Source: Ancylonema sp.
Lineage: Eukaryota
Direction of reading: 5' to 3'
Assembly: GCA_050230475.1 (NCBI GenBank)
Contig: JBFLGF010000074.1
Span: 62,001-112,403 of the forward strand
DNA length: 50,403 nucleotides
Shown: piece by piece, positions 23,787 to 36,800 of the stretch
Numbering within the stretch: the stretch's first letter is position 1
How the letters are laid out: each line of letters starts with the position of its first letter
Translations under genes and position numbers: made by a program
The notes under the pieces: model-generated
The model's database searches: none
What the model saw: the letters and a program-made list of their open reading frames with translations, nothing else
What the model was told of the DNA's origin: nothing

Positions 23787-25743
23787 ATGCCAACAGCAGA
23801 GGAATTGGCCGTCTCTCCCATTCCAGACGGTTTTAGGTAGGGTTGCAGTACTGATTTTTTCTGTCTGGTTTGTGGTTTACGGATCTTGGGTATGTAGTAA
23901 AAGTCTGAGCGTAGCGGATTTTCAGAGCTGCCAGAAACGTGCCCTCGGCACGTTTCTGGCTTGTGTGGCAATCTAGCAGTTCATGCTAGATTGTCCACAA
24001 CATCCATGGTTAATGGAGGTGAAAGCGTCTCTCTGTCTTTCACATTTTATGACTTGGCAATGTGAACACGATTCACTCTGTCGCACAACAGCTATTGATT
24101 TGCGAAATGTAGAGGAACGAAGGATAGGGATCTCATAGAATTCGGCCAAAGGCGGGATAGAGCTGAGACACATCACAGAGGGTCTTCCTATCACAAACCA
24201 CTGTGCTATAGTTTTCCCCCGTCAATCTTTTGCGCCTGTCGAAACTTCACATTGTTCTTTACTCGATGGCAGGTGTCCGTTATGCTTGGATGTTCTGGAT
24301 CAACCTACTACGACAGTCCCATGCGGGCACACCTTCTGTGAGCGATGTATGGAGCAAAATTTCAAAGAAAGCGGAGAGAGTTTGGGTTCGAACGACATTC
24401 AGACCTCTCGGTGTCCAGTCTGCCGCTCGGTCATCAGAAGGGATCACCTTGGACCGTGCTGGATCGTGCGGGCCCTGATCGAAAGCAGAGTCATTGGTTG
24501 CGACTATGGTGTCTCCTTCGACCTAGACTCTGAACAGTACGAACCAGGGGTAAGCGTCTGCAGTGCTGCCTATTTTTCGATGTCTCCATTGCGTTTCATG
24601 TGTCTCTTCAACTTTATTTTTCACGAGCAGCGCAGCAGTCTCTTGACTTCACACTTTCATTCGCCCTACAGACACCGGGAGGCTGCACACAGACTTTCAA
24701 AATGTCAGAGCGTGGTGCTCACCTTCAGGAGTGCGGATTCGTGATGATCGCTTGTCAGTATGGGGAGGATGGATGCGACTTGATGGCGAGAAGGAGTCAA
24801 ATCGCGACACATGAGCAGGAATGTAAATACAGATCGGAGGACTGCAAGTGTGGAAATCGGGTGCGATCACTGCACTGGGAGGAGCATCAAGAGGTACATA
24901 CTCCTTCCTCATATAACAGAAAGCTTTGTGAAGCTTTGTTACGGTAGGAAGCGAGCAATGGCATTGGTGTTGGTGATGAGGAAGTGGTTCAAGTAGAAGC
25001 TGCCTGGCATGTCAGTATCTATATGCTGGTCGGAGGTGTCTCAGAGAGGACAGCCATCTTCATTGCTCCAAACCGAATCATTCAGAGGACCGGAAGTCTA
25101 CTGAGACGAACAAACGAATCGCAAACGATTCTCAAACGAACCGCAAACGAATCGCAAACGAATTGCAAACGAATCTCAAAGATGGAGACCCTCACATGGC
25201 CTAAGCCTGAGGTTTAAGGGTTTGGGTGGTTGCCAGGTGTGTGGGAGTGTGGAGGTCGGCTGTCCCCACCAAGTGCACGGCTGTCCCCACCTGTGCATGC
25301 GGGGAGACCTGAAGCACCACCTGTCCATGTGCCCCTACGAGAGCCTGAAGGATCTGCTGGAGGAGAAGGCACGCACGATTCAGGACCTGCAGAAAGCGGT
25401 ACGGACCTTCAGCCACCTCTGTACCGTGAGAGCTCATGGGGCACTCTCAATGACCTGCCGCAAGAACCTACGGGAGGAAGAAAGAGTGGTTGGTGTTCAA
25501 ACGACATCCATTGCCAAGTCTAACAGGACGTCTCGGTTGCAGAACTACAAACTTGAATCATCCCTCTGGACCGCTTTGAAGAGCAAGCAGCAGATGGAAT
25601 CGGAGTTGTCGGAGCTGCGGTGGCAAGCAGAGAGCGGAACTCAAGGTGTGGATGGAGGCCCTCGCAGAGCCTCTGCCCCTTCCCAGCTGGCAGCCTTTGA
25701 TGCCGTGGCCTACAACCGACACGCCATGAGTGAGGGCGCTCAG
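23787..25743 (+). CDS. RING-HC plus TRAF/SIAH-type zinc-finger protein (putative E3 ligase), copy 1, 3'-truncated at the N (exons 23787-23836, 24273-24549, 24672-24893, 25237-25398, 25543-25743)
   Basis: CPLCLDVLDQPTTTVPCGHTFCERC...CPVCR (RING); repeats HLQECGFVMIACQY...C, HEQECKY and HHLSMCPY; a coiled-coil segment; in-frame GT-AG introns. Confidence 0.75.
25111..25180. repeat. 11-bp tandem repeat (CAAACGAATCG)x~6, intronic, absent from the paralogous intron
   Basis: Direct inspection; compare with ~28292-28300. Confidence 0.85.
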
Positions 25744-26902
25744 GTAGAGAGAACACGAGAGAACAAGAGAGGTGTGAGAGAGATAGAAGGCACGTACTGT
25801 AGGCAGGGTGCCGTAGGGTACGAAATATANAGAAACAGAGTCTCAAGTGGGCCGAAAAACGGGCTGTTGCGCCTAGGTTAACCTGTCCACTTAAGCCCCT
25901 ATTAAGCCCGCCATAAGAAACGCTCTTATGTGCCAAATTATCGTGTAGACGCAAACCCGTGCCCGCACCAAATTAATTTTTGGCACATTAACTCGTGCCC
26001 GCGACAAATCACCATATAGGCCCACGATCGTATACTGTCCGACAGAGGCGAATACCTGCGTTCGAGTGCGCTTGGACAGCCGTGTCCGATCGAGGGGTAC
26101 GAGCGAGTGATGACGGGAGTACGAACAAATCACAGTGAGTGGTCATAAAACGAGACGTTTTTGGAGGAACCCACTTTGCCAAATCAAAGTGAGTTCCGAG
26201 CGTGTACCTGCGGGTATCGACGCGAAGTGAGTGGTCATAAAATATGCTCCGCGTGTAACTGAACTGGACTGGACCCTAAGACTTTCTCCCGATATGAGAC
26301 ACAATCGGGCTCCCGTCTCCAGATGCTGACACGAGGCCATGCCAGATTAGTTAGTAAGGACTAAGGATTTAATACGCCGGAGATTTCAAACCCCGGACGA
26401 GCCTCGGGGATTGTTGCTGCCAGAAAATTGGCCGAGGCTTCAGAAGAGTGTCATGGTAAACCGACCTGCACGGTAAGCGCGTGCTAGTCGGCACGCAGGC
26501 GCCGCACTGTTGCCACCCGCAGTTGGCACAATCTGGGATCAACTTGCAGTATGTTCGTACGAAAACATCATCCTGAGACTCAGCGACTGTCCTCGCCGTA
26601 TGCGAGGGGGCATAGCGCAAGGTAGCGTCTTGGGAGACATGCGTGCTGCATGGCGATGCCAGAGGCGGTAGCTAACGGTGTAGCCAAACATAAAGTAGCT
26701 GTGACGTTATCGTCTGAGTTTGTAGCGTCACAGGTCTACACCACCTCATAATCCTTGGTGTGTGATGGCATTGCACCGAGACTACCCAGTGGATCTTCCC
26801 CCTCCGTATCTTCGGTATCATACCTCAAGTCAACAAACACCCCCTGGTCGAGCTCCTATTTGTGCGACGCCCCTTCCCGATGGCAGTTTTTGCATACCAC
26901 GC

Positions 26903-29641
26903 ATGCCAACAGCAGAGGAATTGGCCGTCTCTCCCATTCCAGACGGTTTTAGGTAGGGTTGCAGTAGTGAATTTGTATGTCTGGCCTGTGGTTCACGGAT
27001 CTTGGGTATGTAGTAAAACTTGGAGCGTAGCGGATTTAGATTTTCAGAGCTGTCGGGTACCCTCGGCACGTTTCTGGCTTGGCAATCTAGCGGTTCACGC
27101 TACATTGCCTAGCAGTTTTGCTAGCAGTTTAGCAATGTAGCGTGAACCGCTAGATTGCCAAGCAGTTCATGCTACATTGCCCACAACATCCATGGTTGAT
27201 GGAGGTGAAAATGTCTTTCACATTCAATGACTTGGCAATGTGAACGCAATTCACTCTGTCGTACAACGGCTATTGATTTGCGAAATGTAGAGGAAGGATA
27301 GGGATCCCATGGAAATCGGTCAAAGGTGGGATGGACCTCTAGGAGGGTCTTCATTTCACAAACCACTGTGCAATAGGTTTCTCCTGTCAATCGTTTGCGC
27401 CTGTCGAAACTTCACATTGCTCTTTACTCGATGGCAGGTGCCCGTTATGCCTGGATGTTCTGGATCAACCTACTACGACAGTCCCATGCGGACACACGTT
27501 CTGTGAGCGATGTATGGAGCAAAATTTCAATGAAAGCGGGGAGAGTTTGGGTTCGAATGACATTCAGACCACTCGGTGTCCGGTCTGCCGCTCCGTCATC
27601 AGAAGAGACCACCTTGGGCCGTGCTGGATCGTGCGGGCCCTGATCGAGAGCATAGTCATTGGTTGCGACTATGGTGTCTCCTTCGACCTAGACTCTGAAC
27701 AGTACGAACCAGGGGTAAGCGTCTGCAGCGCTGCTGCCTTTTTTTCGATGTCTCCATTGCGTTCCACTTGTTTCTTCAACTATATTTTCTACAAGCAGCG
27801 CAGCAGTCTCTTGCCTTCACACTTCCACTCGCCCTGCAGACACCGGGAGGCTGCACACAGACTTTCAAAATGTCAGAGCGTGGTGCTCACCTTCAGGAGT
27901 GCGGATTCGTGATGATTGCTTGTCAGTACGGGGAGGATGGATGCGACTTGATGGCGAGAAGGAGTCAAATCGCGACACATGAGCAGGAATGTAAATACAG
28001 ATCAGAGGACTGCAAGTGCGGAAATCGGGTTCGATCACTGCACTGGGAGGCACACCAAGAGGTGCACACTTAAACCTCGCTATAACAGAACGACCCTCGA
28101 GAAAAGCTCCGCAAAGCTGTTGTTGTGGTAGGAAGCGAGCAATGGCATTGGTGCCAGTGATGAGGAAGTGGTTCAAGTAGAGGCTGCCTGGCATGTCAGT
28201 ATCTGTATGGTGGTCGGTGGTGCGTCAGAGAGGACAACCATCTTCATTGCTCCAGATCGAACCATTCAGGGGATCGGAAGACTTCTGAGATGAACAAACA
28301 TGGAGACCCACACGTGGCCTAAGCCTGAGGTTTGAGGGTTTCGGTGGTGCCAGGTGTGTGGGAGTGTGGAGGTCGGCTGCCCCCACCAAGGGCACGGCTG
28401 CCCCCACCTGTGCATGCGGGGGGACTTGGAGCACCACCTGTCCATGTGCCCCTACGAGAGCCTGAAGGATCTGCTGGAGGAGAAGGAACGCACGATTCAG
28501 GACCTGCAGAAAGCGGTACGGATGTACCTTCAGCCCCTGCCGTACCGCGAGAGGTCATGGGGCCCACTGGAAGAAAGAGTGGTTGGTGTGCAAATGACAT
28601 GTATCGCCGAGTCTAACAGGACGTCTCGGTTATCGGTTGCAGAACTACAAACTTGAGTCCTCCCTCTGGACCGCTTTGAAGAGCAAGCAGCAGATGGAGG
28701 CGGAGCTGGCGGAGCTGCGGTGGCAAGCAGAGAGCGGAACTCAAGGTGTGGATGGAGGCCCTCGCAGAGCCTCTGCCCCTTCCCAGCTGGCAGCCTTTGA
28801 TGCCGTGGCCTACAACCGACACGCCATGAGTGAGGGCGCTCAGGTAGAGAGAACACGAGAGAACAAGAGAGGTGTGAGAGAGATAGAAGGCACGTACTGT
28901 AGGCAGGGTGCCGTAGGGTACGAAATATATTCCTGTGTGGGGTCTACGCCTTTGATCTATCGGTATCGGTATCAGTATCGGTATGGGTATCAGTATCAGA
29001 ACTTTGAGGATGGATGTGATGCACAAGCCTTCCTTGGTGCATGAGCCTTCCAAGCTTTTCTCTCTGCTTTAGTAACCGACCTATGGAAGCAGAAACACTC
29101 GACTCACCGTCCTCTCCTCCCTCTTCCGTTACAACTGTCGCAGGATGACAAGTTGGGAGGAGAATCCTCAGACAGGCATCCGTCTGGCACCAACAACCCC
29201 TCCCCCCAACAATCACGCTCCCTGAAGAGCTTTTCGCCTGATCGTCCAGGAAGGGAGTACTACAGGGAGGTCTCGGAGCTATCAAAGTACCAAAGAGATC
29301 GACAGGCCGACTCTATGCTTACTCGCAGTAGAACAGCCACGAGAGCGCACCTGGTGCCTGAATACAGGGATGGTGAAGGAGATGAGTCTGGTCCGAACCC
29401 AGGGTCGTCGCTCAACAACATTCCTCCTTTCCGAGGGAGTAAGACGTACCCGAGCGAATTTGTAGGGCAAGGGCGGTTGGCTCCTTCCCTTGGGCGGGCC
29501 CAGGAGGGAGTGGCAAAATCGGTTGACCCGCGTGGCAGAATAAGTCAGGCTGCTCGAGCACTCGTGCAGTGGCGACCAATAGGAAATGATAGGACGAAGA
29601 GTAATCAAGTAAGAAATTCGTTAATGCAGTTCTCTGTGTAG
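26903..29641 (+). CDS. RING-HC plus TRAF/SIAH-type zinc-finger protein, copy 2, apparently complete (exons 26903-26952, 27438-27714, 27840-28061, 28354-28515, 28643-28843, ~29144-29641)
   Basis: Same motifs as copy 1 plus a low-complexity last exon in frame; the 3' exon structure is uncertain. Confidence 0.78.
27077..27163. repeat. Perfect 32-bp inverted repeat with 23-nt loop in intron 1
   Basis: GCTTGGCAATCTAGCGGTTCACGCTACATTGC (27077-27108) is the reverse complement of 27132-27163. Confidence 0.92.
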
Positions 29642-30791
29642 TACATTGCATCTTGTAGGCAAAGCCACGTTATTTATCTTATCACCGCCGCACCACCACT
29701 AGTTGCACTGTCAGTGTGCTAACATTTTTTTAATTTGGCTGATAATTTACGTCCCAGCGCGAGATGTAGCATTTGCTATGGGGATGCAGTAATAAAAGAA
29801 CGACGTCAAAGGGGTTTTTTTGTCTAGTTTGTCTAGATTAGATTCCAGGTGCGAGCCGACTCTTCCACCAAAGCATTGTGCTAGTTTTTTGCCGCCTTTT
29901 GCGGACTCTCATACACTAGGTTGTGGACTTTGGCTAACGCCTTATTTTAGTTTATCTAAGCAAATAATTCATGTTGTGTACGCCTTGTGCAATCGATGCA
30001 TAAATTTGAAATGCAGCTCATGGGAATATATCTCTCCTACAATTGAATAAAATCTGCTACTTGCGTACACAACATGCAGTGGTGCATGTGTTGATTATAA
30101 TATTGTGTATGTGACTTGATATGAGTAGCATTTGTGACATCAGCAAAGTCTTGGGTTTGAAGCTCTTGTGCATGGAGCGGAGAAGGAGATCACACTAGAA
30201 CAGTACACTAGAGAACATGATTACAAACCGTACATTGGCGCTTAGTATCATATGGACGCTCCAAACGTGTGCGTAGTATTTCACATAGAAGGCAATCAAC
30301 ACTTGCTAGGCAGACGACATACTTACGAATGCAGCTTGGCGCCAAGCTTGGACAAGATCCCCAACGCCCTACTCAATTCTGCAAAATTTCAATTTTGTGG
30401 GGGATCTTTGAGGGGTTTTCAAGTTGTTTTTTTATATTTTGGGAGTAGAGTTGGACGTGGTGTCACACACATGGAGTCATAACATTGTGGGATCGATCGG
30501 ATCGACCCATGCCCCAATCTGGCTCAATCGAGGCACGCTTGAATAGCATTCTCAAAAATAAACAAATGAGAGAGTGTGGAAGGTCCAAAACGATAGAAGT
30601 TGCACATTTGAAACAAAACCGTGTCGGTCCCTTCAACTTTCCGTCACGCAGACAAAGTGCGTGCGCTGTTTCCCCCAATAGTCCTACACTCCAACCTATC
30701 CTTCTTTCCAAAACACAAATCCATCCAATCAATCAATCTCAATACATCAATCTTCCACTGTGTTCCTCTCAAAGACAATAAGTCCAACTTC

Positions 30792-33288
30792 CTACACGGC
30801 CTCCACCTCCACCTCTAGCCCATAGGCGCGTTTTGCAGAAACGAGCGTATTTTTTAACAACATCGCGATCGTCATTGGGCCGACACCTCCCGGAACGGGA
30901 GTGATTTTGGAGGCTATGTATTTTGCTTCCTCGAAGCAAACATCGCCTTCTAAATGATAGCCTCGCGGGTCGCTTGGGTCCTGCACAAACAAAAATAAAA
31001 TCGCAACGAGGCTTTCTTTGAAAATCACAAGTTGTTTCTAAACAGCAGCTTGAACATGATACGAAATAAGAGGGGGGGGGGGGGGGGGTTCGGTTCACTT
31101 TTCTCTTCTTCTTGCAAGTAATCTCCACTTCATCCACCAACCACGTTGCCCAATTTCTGGTTTTCCAATTACAATAACCCCGTTTCACCGCTCGTATGAC
31201 TCATTATAATCCCCATACAAGCTTTGCTTGCAACAAATCTACCACCTTCACTAGTATTTCATCTACAAGTATCAATGTTACGAAGAAATAGATCCTACTC
31301 ACAAACATGTATTTCCTGAATGCGTACTTCCCAAATACATACGTATATGTACCCTCCGTACAAACAATTGCCGCTAGGTTTTATTTTAGATGAATCCATA
31401 AACCATCTATCTAAGGATACCTTATACCTGAAAAACAAAAAAATACAGATTGAACATTTGGTTGCAAAGCAAAATTACATGCGACAAATGTTGGACCTCA
31501 AAACCCTTCATCTTCACCCAATACTAGACACCAATCCCCACAACAAGTAATCCTAACTATTGTACCAATCTAACCCAACCAAAACCTAAAACCTTGCATC
31601 ATCACAATCACCCCTGTTCTGCCATCATGACAACCCTCTCCATCCCCCCACCCCCCACCCACCCCCCACCTCCACCGCGTTAATCCCGACATCGATGACG
31701 ACCGCCCCCGGTTTTAGCCACGAGCCCCGCACCAGATTGGGCACCCCCACCGCCACTATCACGATCTCCGCCTCGCGACCGATGGCCTCTGGGTCGGGGG
31801 TCTGGGAGTGGATCACCGTCACTGTGCAGTTATGGCGCTGGAGGGGGGGGGGAGGAGTCAGCTTTGACTGCCACCTGGCACACACTCACCAGTCATTCCG
31901 CAAACCCTCATTTCGAAACAAAACGAGAGTAATGAGAGAGAAGAGATGTGAGGGTTTCCCACACACACTACCCCCCCCCTCATGCATTTCTGCTACCCCT
32001 CGCTCTCCTCCACCCACCCCACTCCCCCCACCTGCAACAGCAGCGCAGCTGGCATCCCAACCACATTGCTCCTCCCAATCACCACCGCCCGCTTGCCCGC
32101 CACCTCCACCCCCTCCCTCAGCAGCAGCTCCACGCAGCCCTTGGGGGTGCAGGGCACAAACAGAGGATACCGCCCACTCATCGCCAGCCTGCCCATGTTG
32201 AGGGGGTGGAAGCCATCCACCTCCTTCTGAAGACTAACGCCCCCAACCACCCTCTCCTCGTTTATGTGCTGCAGACCCAGCCCCCATCCCCCCAACCCAG
32301 AAGTATCGCATCGGACCTCGATCCCAACCCCCTCTCCCCCCAACAAAATGAAATAAATTTATGACGATTGATGATTGCAAGGGGGGGGGCGTACCTTTGG
32401 CAGCGGCAGCTGCACCAGGACTCCATGAACCCAAGGGTCTCCGTTCAGCTGCTCGACTGCTTGCAGCACCTCGAGCTCGGTGCAGTCGGCAGGGAGGTCG
32501 ATCCCAAAACTCTCGATTCCGGCTTCGGCACACGCCTTCTTCTTGCTGCGCACGTAAGTCTGCGAGTCTTTCCGCGTTCCCACTAGCACCACTGCCAGAC
32601 CCGGAACGTGTCCGGTAGCGGCCTTCATGGCAGAAACTTCCGCAGCGATTTCCTCGCGGATGGTTTTAGCGATGGCTTTGCCGTCGATCAGGGCAGCTGT
32701 GTGGCTGGGAGGGTCGGCTGGGGGGGGTGAGAGGAAGGAAGACGGGAAGTGGTCTGTGATGTGATGTAGTCAATGATTCTTGTTTGGAGTGGATTCGAAA
32801 TTGATAGAGGTCGAGATGAGGCGGATAGTAGAGAATGATTATGCGAAATAAGGATGTATGTGTGAGGACAGACACGACGGTATCCTCCCTGCATTTTCAA
32901 ATCCGATATAACGAGAAAGACGAAATGTCAGAGGGTCCTGCCATTCACTCTCGCATCCATTGCAGCTGGGGATAAGAGAAAGAAGCTGACCAACCGCGTC
33001 CTCCACACTCGCGGCGCGCGTGCGAGGTTTGCGCCAATGCTCATACCCGTCACAGTCACCGTTCCATCGCTGTCGAAAAAGAGCATCTTCTTCGACGTGG
33101 CCGAGTCCTGCGTGACGCTGCGATGAGGTGGAGTGAAGGGATCGAACGGTGGATTTCCATGACGGCGAGTACGATTGCATGGGATGTTGCAAAGACGTTG
33201 ACGTGGAGGGTTTTCTGAGTGTATCAAAGGGGAAAGGTTCCCCCAATCGACCAGAAAGTGACATGTGGCGCCAGCAGGCAGCCTCCAT
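30792..33288 (-). CDS. FOLD: Bifunctional 5,10-methylene-THF dehydrogenase/cyclohydrolase with an N-terminal targeting-like extension; 5 exons (~32991-33288, ~32395-32718, 32032-32271, 31669-31838, 30792-30980)
   Basis: [96 protein letters not shown]. Confidence 0.95.
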
Positions 33289-33851
33289 CGCTGTAAATGT
33301 ACGCCTGCCAGCTGCGAAGGGGCGTGAAATAATGGTGAGGATTTGAGAGAGAGGCAGGATGACGCTTGACGGAGGAAGAGGGGGACTCCCAACGATCTGA
33401 GGAGGAAAAGAAGGAGCTCCAATCACATATGTAGTTCAAATATGTCGCCTCTGTCAGAATGGGAGCGTTCGATCATCTTCCGCGAGTCCGCTATGAAAGA
33501 GAAACGCACTCGACCAATCTGGAAATTATTGAGAGCAGCTGACGTTGGCGCCCGCACACAGAGCAGGCAGTCAATATCTGCTACACTCCCGCAGACAATC
33601 TTCTCCAGTACTGAAACATTGGGCATGTATTTTCCGCGTGTGTAGGAGTGGAGTCGGTGGGTCTATTTGTCGGTGTAACGTTGTAGGGTTCAGAAACTTA
33701 AGGGAAGGTCAACGCAGGGTCCAGGACTTTCAATCAGGGTTCAGGACAAATACATACAGCACCAAATTTTCTGCCATGAAATTGTCAACAGAGAAGCAGA
33801 AACGCTGGCAGTACTCGCACGTGTGGATGTCTGACACGGAAGGACTGCACC

Positions 33852-36800
33852 ATGCCGCAACCCTCGCGCGTGTCGCGAATCGTCCACCGTCAAACCGCCG
33901 CGGCTGTTTCTCGTCTGCTCGAAGCGGACGCTTCGAAACGGGGCGGGGTGTCAATCAAAGCGTTGACCCTATCTCCCTCCGTGCTGTGTAAAAAGGCCAC
34001 GCACGCTCTCACGTGCGAGACTCTCAGATGTCAGTACACGGGATCCTGAGAATTACCCTGTTCACACGTGTTCATACATGCGAAATGAACGACAAATTCG
34101 TCCCCTGTCTGAGGCATAAAGTGGGCTCGATTTCAAGATAATTCAAAATGTGTTCCCCGAATAACAGTATGGGGTCCACATTCTCGGGTTTGGGGCTCAG
34201 TTTTGCGAGTCATAAAGGAACTGGTTGCAGCCACCCCCTTGAGCGGAGGGAAACAGAAGGTGTGAATGGGGTTCCAGGGAATCGAGGCACAGGACCATTC
34301 CTACGGCTCTTCGTTCCTTCTTCTGCTGAATTCACCTAGCTGCTGTTTCTTCGCAGGTCCCACCTGGGCTCTTGTACGTGCTCGTATACGACCTCCTCTT
34401 CGGTCAGGTGAAAACAACAGAATCATCATTACGTTTGGAAATGTCGAGAGTCCAATTCGTGACCACTCCGTCCCACGCCGACAAAAAACGTCCTCAACTA
34501 TACCACTAAACCTTCCTCATTTCATCACAATCAAAACCAATGATGCTCTCAAATTGGAGCCCTTTACAGAACCAGCTTGAGAGGCTGGTCGAGAGACTGT
34601 TTTCAACATTCGATTCTTCATTCTTACACTCCTCGATAGACCCTATCACATCACAGAGTCACACCCCTTATTGGCAACTCATATCAGGGTAACCACTAGA
34701 GTTCTCAACAACCAACCCTTGGGGTTACTGGGGTTACCAGGGTCACCAGGGTTTCTAGGGTTACTGGGGTTACTAGGGTTACTAGGGTTACTGGGTACGT
34801 GCCTGCTGTCATTTCCATCACCCGGAGGCCCCACATATCGCAGCCCCTTGCTGTCCTTCATCGTTGCTAGCAGATCGTTGGGTTTCTCGGGTTTTATGAA
34901 ACCCTAAAAACCCCGTCGGCCACCATAACCCTCTCATCAGGGCTTGGAGGCGGATGGCGATGCGGAGCGACAGGTGTTGGCCCACAAGAGCGCCCTCAAG
35001 GCTGCGCTGGCCCGGCTCATGATCAAGCGCCAGGTGGCAGACGTGCAGGATCTGGTGGCCCACGACAGGCAAGGTCAGATGGCAATGTTTGGGAACAAAA
35101 CCCTCTAACCCTCTACTCTAATAACCCTAGAGACAAAACCTTGGACTTCAAAACCGATTCTCGAATTCCTGTCCCTTATCCCTCATCCCTTACACCCCAA
35201 TCCCTGGTCTCCGATCCAAAAAAAATCCCCCTTAGTTTAGGCTCGAGGTGTTTTTAAACCGCTTTTCCCCAAAACAGGAGAGCCTCCCCCCCCCCCCCGC
35301 TACGCCCGAGTCAACACCCTTAAGCTGTCAGTCGAAGCGGCAAAACGCCAGCTGGCAACGTCCCTGCCAGGCGTCCAGGTGAGGAGCACTCAAAACTCAA
35401 GCCGGGCTCACACCTCTCTCACCCTCCCCCTCTGTCTCCTTGCCAGCTGGACCTCGATGACCTCATCCCGACCCTCCTGGTGCTGCCACCTGGCACTGAT
35501 CTGCACGCCCACCCTCTGGTGGCCGACGGCTCCCTCGTTTTGCAAGTAGCCCTCCTCTGCCCCTCCCTAGGTGCCTCCCCCCTGTGCTTCTCTGACGCTC
35601 CTCCCTCTGTTGTTTTCACCTGCAGGGCAAGGCCAGCTGTCTGCCTGCTGCCGCCCTGGCGCCCCACCCTGACTGGCATGTGAGCCCAGTCCCCCCTCTG
35701 CCTGCCCTCTGCGCCCCTGGTTTCTTCATGCCCCTTCTGGTGTTTTCTCCTGGCCAGGTGGTGGACGCCTGCGCGGCCCCTGGCAACAAGACCACCCACC
35801 TGGCCGCCCTCATGGGGCTGGGCGGGGCTGGGCGGATAACTGCCTGTGAGCTGGACCCGGGTCGGTTGAAGCGGCTGCAAGCGAATGTGGTTCTTGCGGG
35901 AGCCAAAAGTGGGCCCCACTCCCCATTCCCCACTGCCCATTTGACTCTCAGCGTTCCGTCTCACCGCCGTTGACTTTTGGGTGACCTGAGAATGATGCCG
36001 ACTGCTGCCGCTGAGATGAGGTGTGCCAGGTGGCACAATGTGAGAGGAAGGAAAATGACTTTGAGTTCCTCCTCTGGCCTCCACCTTCACCCCCACCTTG
36101 ACCTCGCCTTTAACCACCTTTGACCTTTGACCTTTGACCTTTGACCTTTGACCTTTGACCTTTGACCTTTGACCTTTGACCTTTGACCTTTGACCTTTGA
36201 CCTCTGACCTTTGACCAGACGTCCAGCCTGTGCATGCCGACTTCCTGGCGATTGACCCCACCTCTCCCCACTATAAGAATGTAAGTGCCCAACTGTTCCC
36301 ATCATCGCTTCTCCACATGCTCCAAACACCTTCATCGCCTCTAAGACCGCCACGTGGCGCCTCATCCGTCCCCCCCCTCTCAGGTCCGAGCAGTGCTTCT
36401 GGATCCTTCCTGCTCGGGCTCCGGAACGAAAGGTCAGCGGATGGACCACCTAATGCCGTCGGCACTCGAGGGTGAGTCATCATCACCTCCGGTGGGTGTG
36501 CTTCTTTTTGCCATTCGGATTTCTGCCGATTCCCGTTTTCCCGATCACGGACCGGACTCCCATTCAACAACAACAGCTGGCATCCGTTTTGGCGATGAAA
36601 CGTTCTGGTGAAGTATTTTTCATTCTGTTCTCAACTTATCCATCTTACGCACGGTTTTCTGTGATTTTTTTTGTGAGTTGATCCTGTTGAATGGCTCCAT
36701 CACCAGTGATAGAAGACATGGGAGACATCCTGGCTTTATCCTCTCCCTTCAGTCACACCTCGTTACAGGCAACAAGGAGGAAGACGCGCGTCGCATACAA

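Noticed and set aside
28958..28999. (TATCGG)n giving YRYRYQ or DTDTDT peptides; also the 11-bp repeat at ~37399-37441
   Set aside because: Simple intronic micro- or minisatellites with no sign of coding function.
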